A stretch of DNA of 64,000 nucleotides from the human T2T-CHM13v2.0 reference genome, Homo sapiens, in NCBI RefSeq assembly GCF_009914755.1, contig NC_060930.1; one strand, written 5' to 3'. Position 1 is the first letter of the stretch, and every line of letters begins with the position of its first letter. Both the position numbers and the translations under genes were made by a program. Below the pieces are notes generated by a model, which saw only the letters and a program-made list of their open reading frames with translations, ran no database searches and had not been told where the DNA came from. This document shows positions 1-22,229 of this stretch, piece after piece.

Positions 1-421
1 TGGGGAAAGTGGAAGAAGGCCTTTAGTATGAATTGATTATTTTGCCACTAGGGATAACTCTTTTCTAAAGCAGAGGAATGCTTCAGGCAGCTCAGCCACA
101 ATCTAGGCTACGGGGAGACAGCAAAAAAACTACAAAGGAAAATTTTTTTTTTAAGTGGTAAAAAGAACGACTGATTTGGACCACATTTACCTGTCAAACT
201 GCCCATTCAGGGAATTCTAAAACCAGGAAGAGCACCTAAGTGAAACCAATGTTACATTTATTGACAGGCTTGCTGCTAGTCAAACTCGGGGTGAAAGGCA
301 ACAATAATACAGAGAGTAGAGAAATGCAAGTATAGAAGAATGGACCCCAGCTTTAACTTGGAAGGGCAAATATTTTGGCCTACACTCAAAGGAAAGTGGG
401 AAATACTTCTAAAATACATAC

Positions 422-569
422 CAATACCGTAGCCACGTTATTTGGAAAAGCCTTTGCCAGGATAGAAGAAGATGCAGTCATTGCTGCAGCAAAGCTAACT
501 GCATCCATTACTCTCACTAGAAAACACATAGCAATAAATACTGGCCCATCTGGAACTCGGTCCAATACA
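422..569 (-). CDS. SLC18B1: SLC18B1 exon 5 ([49 protein letters not shown]); gene continues left of the window
   Basis: Polypyrimidine tract plus tAG acceptor, donor GTATGT, 148 nt; exons 1-5 total 501 nt = 167 codons with no stop. Confidence 0.95.
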
Positions 570-868
570 CTAAAAAGGAATAAGACAATTCTGAAATGCC
601 AAGCTGGTTTTCTTTTTTTTTTTTTCCTTTTTAACTGTACTCACTAAAAAGAATAGTACCTCACTCATGGTTTTTAGAATAAACCGCTTTAGAATATGAT
701 TTTTTTAAAAGAGTTGCTTTGTTGTCTTTTCAGGAGGAGGAAATTACCCTTTTTCTTTTTTTGGTAACCATTTGAGTCATAATGACAGCTTAGTCGCCCT
801 TTTCTGCTGATATAACTGGTCCCCCAGATAATAGCACTAAATAAACTTTTTTGGAATATGTAGAATCA

Positions 869-1289
<421 letters not shown>

Positions 1290-1528
1290 TTAACTGTACT
1301 CACTAAAAAGAATAGTACCTCACCCATAATTTTTATAATAAATTGCTTTAGAATATGATTTTTTTTAAAAGAGTTGCTTTGTTGTCTTTTCAGTAGGAGG
1401 AAATTAACCTTTTTCTTTTTTTGATAACAATTTGAGTCATAATGACAGCTTAGTTGCCCTTTTCTGCTGATATAACTGGTCCCCCAGATGATAGTACTAA
1501 ATAAACCTTTTTAGAATATGTAGAATCA

Positions 1529-1897
<369 letters not shown>

Positions 1898-2751
1898 TCA
1901 GACTGAAACCTTCAAAAAAAAAAAAAAAAGGAATAAAGAAAGAAAATAAACGACCCTTCCAAAAAAATTTTAACCCCATTTCATTTAATATAACAGTTTT
2001 CTTCAGTTTACTTCATTATAATCTTACTATACTGGTATTCCTCTATGTTCCCCCATGTACTTATATAAGCTCTTCCACATTATTTGGAACTTTCACATCT
2101 GTTTTGCCTCTGGCACTCATTTTTCCTTTTTCTGGAAGTAGCAATGGGGGAAACCATTTTGTTCCATGCTCTGAACTGAGCATGTGACCTGGCCTGGCCA
2201 AGCAGAACATTCTTTCCCCATGGCTACAGCCATCAGCAAAGGTCAGGCCAGCGGGGCTTCATTCTGTGACTCTAATAGGAACTATTAGGAAACTGGCACT
2301 TTCTACTGAAGCTGCTAGGGGTCCCCTTGCCACCTAAAGGGGAGGGCTTGTTCAAATCACAAGAAGAAAAATTTCTCGTGACATCGTTTCAAATCTGTAT
2401 TCTGATATTTTTTGAGTTGACACTTTATTAAAGAAATTCACTTTTTTACTGAAGCTAGTAAGTTTCCGTGACTCAGAAAAGTGAGTTAAGTTTCTGTCAC
2501 TCACAATCACAGGAATTCTAATGAGTAGGTTCAGTAGCAAGCATCACGGAGATCCCCCGGAGGCCTGTTTCCTTAAAATCAATGCCATTTATCCCTGTTC
2601 TCTACTTACTCAACTCCTGCCATTAGTCACATGCTATGCATTTGACAGACAATAAATGGAACCATTGACTTAAAGAGTATTTAACAATTTAAACAGAAGA
2701 TACATTACAAAATCTGTTCAAGCTCCCAAATATAATCAGAAAATGACTTAC

Positions 2752-2825
2752 CCAAAGAGAATTGTAACTCCTCCTGAGACAAACATTCCTGCTACAAACA
2801 TAAATTTTGCTCCAATATGTACAAG
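2752..2825 (-). CDS. SLC18B1: SLC18B1 exon 4 (LVHIGAKFMFVAGMFVSGGVTILFG)
   Basis: tAG/GTAAG boundaries, 74 nt, frame continuous. Confidence 0.95.
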
Positions 2826-3164
2826 CTATAATAAATGTCAAAGAAGAGTGGTAAATTTATGACTTCCGAAAGTCTATATTGATATAAACAAATCCACTGT
2901 ATTGGCAAATATAGGATAGGGGAAGACATGTACAGTTAATATATTATAATAATTCTTTAATATGGTGACAGTACTCATTGCTTAAAAACATGGAAAGAGT
3001 TAAAAATCAATCAACTCTGAGGAGAGAACTGTCAACACTGGCACAATTTATAAAACTATAACGATGGCTATTTCTGTATCAATGCAAATTCTAGACTAGT
3101 AAACGAAAATAATCCATCATATAATTTTTAAAAATTAAGATGTGCATATGAACTTTATACTTAC

Positions 3165-3260
3165 ATAGTTTCCAAATACCAAGGATGCCAGCAACTCGAA
3201 CAAAGCAAAACATCCAAAGATCATACCGATAATTGTATTGCTGGCTCCCTTCTTTTCAGC
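3165..3260 (-). CDS. SLC18B1: SLC18B1 exon 3 (AEKKGASNTIIGMIFGCFALFELLASLVFGNY)
   Basis: AG/GTAAG boundaries, 96 nt, phase 0-0, hydrophobic TM segment. Confidence 0.95.
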
Positions 3261-4933
3261 CTTTAAGTAATAGAAACGGAAACAAAGTTTCAAAGAAAAA
3301 TTAGATCAATATGAAAAAATGGAAATAATAGATCAGGGCATCATCTTCTTGTGAACTTTATCTGTATATCAGTTTCAAAAAGATTATTCTTTTAAAATAA
3401 ATGGGGTGGGGAAGGAAGGGAAACTATTAATAGTTTAGATAGTAAACCATAGTCTCTTACATGAAAATAATTCACTCACCATACCTATAAAGAATTGTTA
3501 GCTTTATGTGGCAAAAGTCAGAATCAGAGTGTATAAACAAACACAAAAAAAATGCCTTGGATAAGGAAATTTGGGCTCTATTGCATAGTCACAGGACTGA
3601 GGAAACAGCTGATTCAGACACACTTCCTTTTGGGTATCACATTTATAGGAAACAAACAAAAAACACTGGCCAGTCTTCAAACTCAAGAATAGGAAGTTCC
3701 ATGAGTGGGCACATGGGTCAGACCAAGGCCCAATCAGTCTAGGTCTCTGTTTCTGACAGTAATACCAATTACCTGACAGTTTGGAGAAGACAGTTTTCCA
3801 TCCTGTCATCAACAACACAGGTGAGAGATGCTCCCCTGACATTCTACGTTCTCCTGAAACAGCCAAGGTAGTTTATCATCCATCAATTACAGTTACTAAT
3901 GTTTATAGCCTATTCTATCAGGGAGCTCCTAAAATTTGCTACAGATAATATTTATCATAAATCTACTTCTTTTGAACTTCAAATGCTACTGTGATACACA
4001 ACTACATTCACATATAAAAATAGAAAGTTTAAAAAACTTTGTCAAGTCCCGGAACTATTGCAAATCCTTAAATCAGGTTCTAGCTATAGAAATTTAAGGA
4101 ATCAAAATATGAGTTTAATTTCTTTAAGATAGGACTGGCAACTTAGCATACTACAAAAGGAAAGCCCGAACTGTCATATATTGACCGTCTTATATATATG
4201 AGGCATTGTACCAGCAGTGAATATTTATGGTCAGAAGAGTCCAGTTTAGATCCATCCTTTTGGCAGAGCTTTGGATTTTCGCAAATAACTTCATAATACA
4301 GAAATGCACACATGCGCACATACTTTTGCACTCTTCAACATCCATTCTCTATAACCATGATTGCCTTTCTTTATCTTTTCTCTCTACAATTGATGATAAA
4401 AATTTTCTCCATCCCTTCCCATGTAAAGATACTATCATCATTCAATCTTTGTCTTTTTCAAGGATTTTTTTTTTGCATGTCAGACTATGCTTCTTTAAAT
4501 AAACCATACATTCCTCATAGCGTCATACCACAGGAAGCCAGAGAAGTGAACTCTATTGTTCTAAGCTAAATTTTAGGAAGGATCTCTCTCTTACTCTAGG
4601 AAAAGTCCTCAGAAATGTCCCTAAGCACTTGGTGGTGGGTGAGGGCAGAGAGGATGGGCCCACAGCTCCATGGTAATGGCTTGGGCACGATTTAAGCCCA
4701 TAATTCTTGGGCTTCATAACCAGCCATTCCCTTTCCATGTACTAATAACCACAGGAAATAATGGTGTGGATACAAGAGAGAGTTCATTAAAATACCTTTA
4801 ATGGCACTGTGACAAATGGTTATGCTGTATGTCAACTGGAACATGAGGTCTACATTTCTACTACACACGGGTCAGGTTCCTCAAAAAGAAAGTATTGTGA
4901 AAGGAGTCAATTAACGCATAAGAAAAATATGCG

Positions 4934-5431
<498 letters not shown>

Positions 5432-5976
5432 ACATTCATTAGTCAAGTTGCATTATCAATGTTCTTTGCTTAATAGTTCTGATAAGTATTTAATTTAGAA
5501 TCTAGCAGAAAATATATAATGCCTATAGCAATTAATACTTATTAGACCCTCATTATGAGCCAGAATCTCTTTATTAAGTGCCGTTTTACATGGTATCTAA
5601 CAACAATTAAATTAAATAAAGGATACATTTTTAGCTGGCCTCATTTATAGATGAGGACAGGAACTTGCAAAGGTTACAGGTCATGAGCCACTACAGTTTC
5701 CATCATGTGCATGTTCCCATATTCGCTGTGGAAATGGAATGCTGACACAGGATGTGCTAGAACCACATGCTACAGCAGCAGCCGAATGTCATTTTTGGAA
5801 CATGGATCCTGCTTCACATTAGGAAAGCAAAAACAGCTATTAAAAGCAATTTCTAGGCCGGGCACAGTGGCTCACTCCTGTAATTCCAGCAATTTAGGAG
5901 GCCAAGGCGAGTGGATCACCTGAGGTCAGGAGTTCGAGACCAGCCTGGCCAATATGGTGAAACCCCGTCTCTACTA

Positions 5977-6270
<294 letters not shown>

Positions 6271-6464
6271 TTAGCTTAGCTAATAAGAAAAATGACAGAA
6301 CATGCAGGAGGAAGGGTGAGGCTTCACCAATGCATTTGTTGACCACAAGATTTTAATCAGAAATGAAAAATCAAAGCCTTCTCTTCATATTTACAGCTTT
6401 TAAAGTTAGAATGTTCTCTCTCCTGCCTCTATCTCCTTTCTTTCAGCCTTCCCTCTGCGAGGCG

Positions 6465-6916
6465 AGACAAAAGTAGCAAATGTAAGAAGTCACATTTTGC
6501 TCACTTCTGCTTGCCAGCATAATGTCATAAAACCCCTGACTCTGTGACAACATGCAACTCTTGGGAGGGATGAGTTGAAGACAGAGCAGGATAGAGCACA
6601 TGGTCCCCCACATCTCTTGCCTGAGCTATTACATTCCTTAAATGATAAATGCCCCAGCTTTGCCTTTTCCTACACATAAGATAACATCTAACAGGGTTGT
6701 GATTATGCGTTTATAAACTATTACCAAAGGTACATTCATAATCTATAACCAGATGTACTCTTACACCCAAACTTTGATGTGACCGTGCATGTACTGAGTC
6801 TCTACTACCTGTACATGAACTGTGAACTGAAATACTCAGCCTATAGTCCTCGGTAAGACTTCTGAATAAAATGAACTTTAATTCTTTAAAAGCTTGACTT
6901 TTTTCTTTGGTCATCA
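6465..6916 (+). mobile_element. Probable ERV1-class solo LTR (MER34/MER4-group-like)
   Basis: LTR-like 3' end (..GTAAGACTTCTGAATAAAA..TTTAATTCTTTAAAAGCTTGA..CA); family and left boundary uncertain. Confidence 0.5.
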
Positions 6917-7038
6917 TTTCCTATAAGCACAAAACTCAATCAAAAACTTAAAAAGCACACACCCACAGCATGGTTTTCCTTTGTCCCTATTCACTTAGAG
7001 GAAACTAACATTAGTTGCACTCACTGAGTTCCAGCTGA

Positions 7039-7507
<469 letters not shown>

Positions 7508-8948
7508 TGACTAAGTCCTTGACAAGTGCCCTTCCTTTCTATCTTAGGCCTGCCTCCTCAGATCCACTGTCTCCTATTAGACCTCACTTCACCCCAGGCT
7601 CAAGCCACATCAAGAAGCTGTCTGTTGTTCCCCAGGAACATGCCATTCACTCTGCTCTTCCTGTGACTATACCTAGAACACCTCCATCTCTGTTGTTCAC
7701 CATAAGAATTAACACTTCTTAGGGCCCACCTTAGGCCAGGTGCGGTGGCTCACACCTGTAATCCCAGCATTTGAGAGGCCTGGCCAACATGGTGGACGGA
7801 TTGCTTGAGCTCAGGAGCTCAACATCAGCCTGGGCAACATGGTGAAACCCCATCTCTACTAAAAATAGAAAAAAATAGCTAGGCGTGGTGGCACATGCCT
7901 GTGCCCCAGCTCCTCAGGGGGCTGAGGCGAAAGGATCTCTTGAGCCTGGGAAGTTGAGGCAGCAGTGAACTCTGATCATGCCACTGTACTTTCAGCCTCG
8001 ATGACAGAGTGAAACCCTGTCTCAAAAAAAAAGCCCCAACTTAGATTTAGCCTGAAAGTTCCTTTCAGTAACGCCCTTTCTTCTGCTATCCACACTCCAT
8101 GTATGGCAGAATTAACCATTCTTCTTTCTAGGCTCTCATAACATTAGTATGGATAGAGGGAAGCCAGAAGAAAATGATTTAAAAAAAGAAAAAAAAAAAC
8201 AGTCTTATAACATTCTGGACATCCTTTTCTTAAGGGATATCCAAATTATTGGAACCTTTTTTTTCCCATATTTTTTCACTCCCAAAGGGCAGACAAGAGA
8301 AAGCCATTTCCCTGATTTTTTTATACTACCCTAACACATCCCATGCTTAGCCTGCTCTAGAGAAGGGACTCATTAAACCTCTAGTTAATAGAACTGAATT
8401 GGGCAAGTCACAACTTCTGAGACCGTTTCTTCATTTGCAACATGCTGAGATTCTCAAGATTCTGTATGAGGTTGTTGCGGGGATTAAATGGATAAATAAG
8501 GGGTAATGTGTACTAGAAGCCAGAGAGCACTGTATGGGTACATGGCAATATTGTTCCTTTAGCAGAGAAGCCACTTTATCTTCTTTTGTAACACACAGAA
8601 CGAAGGACTACATGTTTAAAAGGCAGTTGGAGGACTAACAAGCTTCCACTGCACTGTGAGCCAAGGATTTGGCAAAAAGCACAAAATAAAACACATGGAT
8701 ATGTTGTCTACACTCCAAGCCAGTCATATTCATTTCATACTATATCCTATTGACGTCTAGAATCCAGTTGGACTTTCTAGGGATTATTATCTTTGAATCT
8801 GTGTCATTAGCTATAAATCTTAACACCATATAAAAGGCTATGCCTAGAAGGAATAGGCCCTATTAATCAGAATTCCTCCCTTGCATAAACATTGGCGCTA
8901 GAGTCCATAAGAAATTAAAGTCAAAAGAGGGAATATGGAGCGGGGCCG

Positions 8949-9601
<653 letters not shown>

Positions 9602-10001
9602 CTAATTCTAAAATGTGAATAAAACCTCGAGAAAATAGTTACTGTCTTAACACAGACCTATTGCAGTAACATTTGAATCTCAGTTATTCAGTGCACTCCT
9701 TTGTTTCAGTTGCAGAAACCAAATAAAGATTAATCAGACTACATGGTAAGAAAAGTAATTCTCAGAAGATCAACTACTTTTAGGTGAATTACCTCCCAAG
9801 AAGATGTTCTTTTTGACTGGATTTTTTTTCCTGGTATCAGGCATTCTATAAGAAGTATTCTATTGGCTGGAGTTCTATACACCATCTGTCCTATATGCAG
9901 ATTTTTACATTTTATATACTATAAAATAAAATAATTCAAAAGGCTTTTAAAAAACAAACAAACAAAAAAACAGAGGTCCTAAGGATTTAAAAATGTCTTA
10001 C

Positions 10002-10141
10002 CTCTTTGGGGAAAAACGGTCCAAGTATAGAATAGCACATCATGGAACCTAAGTTCACCGAAGCTGCCGATATCAGTACAAAAACCTGTTCTCTCGAAAG
10101 CCACCCGGGGGTCTCTCCTGCACTTCCTGCAGGATCATCAC
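10002..10141 (-). CDS. SLC18B1: SLC18B1 exon 2 (GDDPAGSAGETPGWLSREQVFVLISAASVNLGSMMCYSILGPFFPKE)
   Basis: Acceptor ttcaAG, donor GTAAG, 140 nt, frame continuous; first MFS transmembrane segment. Confidence 0.95.
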
Positions 10142-10472
10142 CTTGAATGCAAACATGCAGCAATTAGGCATATAATTGAGACTACTGATTAAAGTACACA
10201 AATGTGATTTCTGTGCACATATGTTGCACTCTGAAGATATCATTTGCTAAGCTTAGGGCTATTTTGAATATAGCACATTTGATCAAATGGAACACAATCC
10301 TTGTACATTACTGCCGTTTTGAAAACGTACTGCTTTCGGCTGGGCACGGTGGCTCACGCCTGTAATCCCAGAACTTTGGGAGGCCGAGGCAGGCGGATCA
10401 CGAGGTCAGGAGATCGAGACCATCCTGGCTAACACGGTGAAACCCCGTCTCTACTAAAAATACAAAAAATTA

Positions 10473-10595
<123 letters not shown>

Positions 10596-11339
10596 CTACA
10601 GAGAGAGACTCCGTCTCAAAAAAGCAAAACAAAACAAACAAACAAAAACAAAAACAAAAACAAAAAACAAAGATTTCTAAGGCAGTATTGAAGTCAAATG
10701 AAGTGTAAGTAGGAGAAAACAAGCTAAATCATTCAGCTGGTGAATTAATATTTACAGCGGTATGCTTCTGGATAGACAAGTCCCACAAATTCATAAATAA
10801 ATACTTTTTTTTTACCCTAATTACTGGTCTTTTACATCAGTTAATTTAACACTTATTTCCAGGGCTAAATTGTCATTTAAAAACACGAAATCAATTACTG
10901 AGTTCCAAATATCCAAGCAAATCCATCAGCCATTTATAAATTAAATTGTTTTTAGGAAAAACTTAAGAGAAATACATTTGCTTTGCTCTATTTGTCAGAG
11001 GTTGCCATTGCAGTCCAGAAGGAAAAAAAAAATCAGTGCAACATGAGGAAGTCTTACGAATCTTTGTAAAATGTTTGTAGTAGATGAGAAAGGGAAATGA
11101 AAGTTAAAAAGAAAGGCAACAACAATGGGTACTTGAAAGGTAACGTTTTACATTTGCCTAATGGCATACTTATTTGAATGCATTAAACACACAGTACTTA
11201 AAAAGCAGAGGTATAGGTTAGAAAGTCATTAGAAACCGTGACACATATCCAATCCTGGAACTTTACCCCGTCCAGAGAGAAAAGAAACGCTGGCCCGAAC
11301 CCCACGATCAGGCCCCAGCCTTTTCCAATCTCTCGGAAA

Positions 11340-11740
11340 CAGATCAAGCTATAAGCAATTCAATCGTTGCTAAAGAGACACGCCGGAAGCCGCCGCTGGT
11401 CTCCGGGCTCCCGGCCACGCAATTCATGGTCACCTCCTGGTGCGCGTGGTCCCTCCAGGTCACCCAGCGCCTCCATCCCCGGTGCGTGGACTCCGGCGCC
11501 CCAGCTCCCGGCTTCAAGCCACGTCCTTGGACTCGACCTCCAAGGAGCCACTGGCACTCTGGCGGGCGGCCGCTGCTCAGCTGGAACCTGGCATCCCCGA
11601 CTCCCTGCAGGCAGCGATCCGCCCGGCCCGGAGCTCCCCAAAGCCTTCCAGGACTCTGGGTCCCCGGGAGGAGGCCGGGGGCGGGGCAGGGGTGGAGCAA
11701 GGCTCCTTTTTTTTTTGTTTTGCGCCCCCCCCCCCGCCTC
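11340..11740 (-). promoter_or_regulatory. SLC18B1: SLC18B1 CpG island/promoter with GC box (GGGGCGGGGC at 11678-11687)
   Basis: High GC and CpG density around the ATG exon; Sp1 consensus upstream; exact TSS cannot be determined. Confidence 0.8.
11434..11476 (-). CDS. SLC18B1: SLC18B1 coding exon 1 (MEALGDLEGPRAPG+G)
   Basis: ATG at 11476 inside a CpG island; donor G|GTGAC at 11433; 43 nt; splices in frame to exon 2; matches the recalled SLC18B1 N-terminus. Confidence 0.93.
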
Positions 11741-12125
11741 ATTATCTTAATCCACCACCTCAGCTGCTATATCATGGTGTCCTTTTTCATTCTGTGACAG
11801 AGAGTGAAAAAAGATGAGTCTATATTCCATACAGCTGTACCCCCCTCAATCTTAAAATAAGTTCAATTTATTCCTACGAAACGAAAGAAAGGAAGCTTAT
11901 GTAGACACAGAAAAGGCAGGGAGTACCTCAACTGAAAGACACAAAAGTGAATTAGAAAATTAGGTTATACAGGAACTTTGAAAGAGTGAATTATTTTTCA
12001 CAGTGGGTAAATGCGGTAGTGTTCGTAATTACTGAAGCCAGACACTATTGAACCGGAAATGAATTAACCTATGTGAAGCACCTGGAGTCGAAAAATATTT
12101 GCAAGAATACTAATGAATATCGAGG

Positions 12126-12320
12126 AAGCATGGCGAAGTGGCTAGGAGTGCGACCTCTGGAGGCAGGTGCCAGGGATTCAAGCCAGGGCACTTGCTGGCA
12201 GTGTGTAACTTTGGATGACAAGGTCAGTTTCTCTACCTGTACAACTGAGATTATAATGTTTATCTCGTAGGGCGGCTGTGAGCATTGGCGATAAAGTGTG
12301 TTAGTAGTTAGCACATGAAC
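12126..12320 (+). mobile_element. MIR (similar fragments at ~24520-24760, ~45180-45400, ~56250-56460)
   Basis: Degenerate MIR core (..TGTGTAACTTTGGATGA..CAGTTTCTCTACCTGT..). Confidence 0.65.
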
Positions 12321-12428
12321 ATGATGGCTGCTACCTTACTCTCACACTCACAGTTTTCTTGCATAAAAAATAGGTTTCACTTATTTTCACCGTATTTACT
12401 ATTTGGGAAGTGTTAAAGCTCGAGGACT

Positions 12429-12836
12429 GGCTGGACACGGTGGCTCATGCCTGTAATCCCAGCAGTTTGGGAGGCCGAGGTGGGCAGCTCACCTGAGGTC
12501 AGGAGTTCTAGACCAGCCCGGCCAACATGGTGAAACCCTGTCTCTACTATAAAAATACAAAAAAATCAGCCAGGCGTGGTGGCAGGCACCTGTAATCCCA
12601 GCTACTAGGGAGGCTGAGGCAGGAGAATCGTTTGAACCTGGGAGGCGGAGGTTACAGTGAGCCAAGATCCAAAAGAATTGTGTGAGGGTAGCTTTATCGA
12701 CTGAGAATCTGCCTCAGATCCACTGTACAAGGTCAGTTCCAGTACACAGTATGGCTGATAGTAAGTTTGTAATTACTGTGCCACCTCATTCCAGCCTGGG
12801 TGAAAAAGCGAAACTCTGTCTCAAATAAATAAATAA
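12429..12836 (+). mobile_element. AluS interrupted by a 108-bp non-Alu insert (12670-12777)
   Basis: Consensus stops at GCCAAGATC and resumes at GTGCCAC. Confidence 0.88.
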
Positions 12837-13132
12837 AGTTTAAGGACTGGGAAATTCTTGTTTTGAAGCCAAAGCAAAACAAAAGACTGAGTTACCACTT
12901 TGTGCCAGGCATTATGAATTTAAAGAGGAATGAGCCCCATCCAGACTCTGCCCTCAAGTAGCACACCTTCTAGCAGATGAAATTCACACTAATTAATAAT
13001 CTACTATAATGCAATCGGTTGTATACAAACATATTGGAAGAACCATTTACTTTGGCAAATGGGTCCTGGATGACTTCCTGAGGAAGTGATGTTACCTTGG
13101 TTCTTGAAGGTTATGTAAAAACTCCCCAGTGA

Positions 13133-15623
<2,491 letters not shown>

Positions 15624-16074
15624 AAGAAGTTCATTCTTATGCCCTTATCCAAATACAGCCCTAGTCCTCCTTTGTCCTTTCACCTTTCTATTTTTCTTCC
15701 TGGCATTTCTATCAGTCAGAGTTCCCTGTTGCTAATAAAAAACAAAGCAACGTTGGCTAATTTAAGCAGAAAATGAATTCATCATTGATTATTAGGTAAC
15801 ACATAGTATCATCAGGAGGATCATGCATACCACTTAGAGGCTAAGTGCCTAAAGTCACACCACCTAAGCGGTCCAGTATGCATGGCACTGCAACCCTGCT
15901 GGACGTACATCTCCAGCACATGCTGCCAATACCACTGGAGCCAGGTATGAGACACTGTAATTAGAACATCATCCCCACTCCTCAAGAATGCTGCCACTCT
16001 CACCAGAAGAGATTTTAGGTGGTGCTAGCTTCTTCCACTCACTTGCTTCCATTGCATATCAAGACCCAATGTGT

Positions 16075-19235
<3,161 letters not shown>

Positions 19236-19262
19236 GTTTTTTTTTCTTTTTCTTTTTTCTAA

Positions 19263-19370
<108 letters not shown>

Positions 19371-19680
19371 TAGCTAGGATTACAGGGATGCGCCACCATG
19401 CCTGGCTATTTTTTTTATTTTTAGTAGAGACGGCGTTTCACCATGTTGGTCAGGCTGGTCTTGAACTCCTGACATTGTGATCCACCCACCTCAGCCTCCC
19501 AAAGTGCTGGGATTACAGGCATAAGCCACTGTGCTACCCCATGTGTGTGTAGTTCAGAGCTCAGCCAGAGATTGAGGCAGAGTATACACGGAAAATTCTG
19601 GTTTTCCCCTCTCTGGCTCTCTCCTTTCTGGGATTTCCCTCCTTTCTTCAATTTCCAGTGCCATGGTTATTCTGAACTCT

Positions 19681-20482
<802 letters not shown>

Positions 20483-20908
20483 ACTCTGTTCTCTGGTTTT
20501 TTTAAGGCATTACAACTGAGGAACTCTATTAGTTGTTCCGTGTAGCACTGACTAAGGGTCTCCTCGTGCTAACACTCATAAAAATGGAAAATCATCCAGT
20601 GTCATTCCTTCTTCTTAGTGTTGGTCCTCACACCTATCCCCTAGTTCCGTCTGCTTTTGGTCACTCTCCAGTGTCTTCAGGTAGTTATTTTTTGTTTTGT
20701 TTTGTAACATTTTCAGAGTTACATTAGTTATCTGCAAGAAGGTTAGTCTTGCAGAACCTCCTAGTAATTAATATTTGTTGTATTTTATTAAACTAATAAT
20801 CTTTGATGGATTGGGTGAAAAATCCTCTGATAGTCATTTTATAAAGCACTGCCTTAAGAGGCTTTTGATCAGGTCCTATAACCAAGACCCCTGGAACTAT
20901 TCCATTCC

Positions 20909-21040
20909 TACCATTCCCTAGACCTGACTTCTCAAACAAACCGTTCTATTCTTACCATTCCCTAGACCTGACTGCTCAAACAAACTGTTCTATTCTTACT
21001 ATTCCCTAGACCTGACTGCTCAAACAAACTGTTCTGTTCT
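20909..21040. repeat. Minisatellite, 44 bp x 3
   Basis: Unit TACCATTCCCTAGACCTGACTTCTCAAACAAACCGTTCTATTCT at 20909, 20953 and 20997. Confidence 0.95.
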
Positions 21041-21836
21041 CTGAGCCATCCAGTACATTTCTAATAAATTCATTTTTTAAATGTTGGCCACAGCTCATTC
21101 CATTGCATGCAAAGAATTATCACTGATACAGTATTATTCAAATCTTCTACAATGAACATGCTTACTTGTTCTAATATTTAAAAAGCAATAACTGTTATTT
21201 ACAAATAAAGATATCATCTGTAAGTTGGAGACATAGGAGGGAAGCAGGCATTAACTGCAGCTCATAGTCATGTGGATAAAGTCAAGTGAAATCAGAAAAC
21301 TAATATAGCAGACAGCATAGGATGTTCAACATTTACCAGCAGTGAAAATTGTTTGAAAATAACGAGGTAGAATGCTGAAACTGAAAAAGTGCTTAAGGGT
21401 ATCTCGTATAATTGCCTACTTCATTTTGCAGATCCAGAGTTTGGAAATCTCTTGACCAAGGCTGCAGAGTCAGAAAATGATAGAGAGGAGAATCTAAATC
21501 AAAGAGTCCTTGAATCACCAGTCTGCCCTTCGCATTCATTTGTAGGATTAGAACCTACAAATATAAAACAGGACTTTTTTTTAATGTAGCTTCAGTTATA
21601 AGAATAGGAGTGGTACTGCCTTCATTCTAATGATTCTCTAATAAGAACTGCATGCATCAAATACATTTTAGAACATCAGGACTCATTTTCAAAAGAAATG
21701 TTGTGCAGATAACAGCAGGGGAAGCAGCAGAGAGGGCTGGAGTCTCCCCCACACCAGCCCTCTTTGTATCCTAAGGGAATCAATTTAATGTTAATTTAAG
21801 CTTTTCTCTACCCTCCACTACTCTTTATTTCATTTA

Positions 21837-22229
<393 letters not shown>

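Noticed and set aside
11344-11817. Overlapping 90-130 aa ORFs on both strands (also 27153-27781)
   Set aside because: Stop-poor CpG-island DNA; only the MEALGDLEGPRAPG segment is a real exon.
20909-21040. CRISPR-like array
   Set aside because: Repeats are head-to-tail with no spacers, no cas genes, and the context is mammalian.
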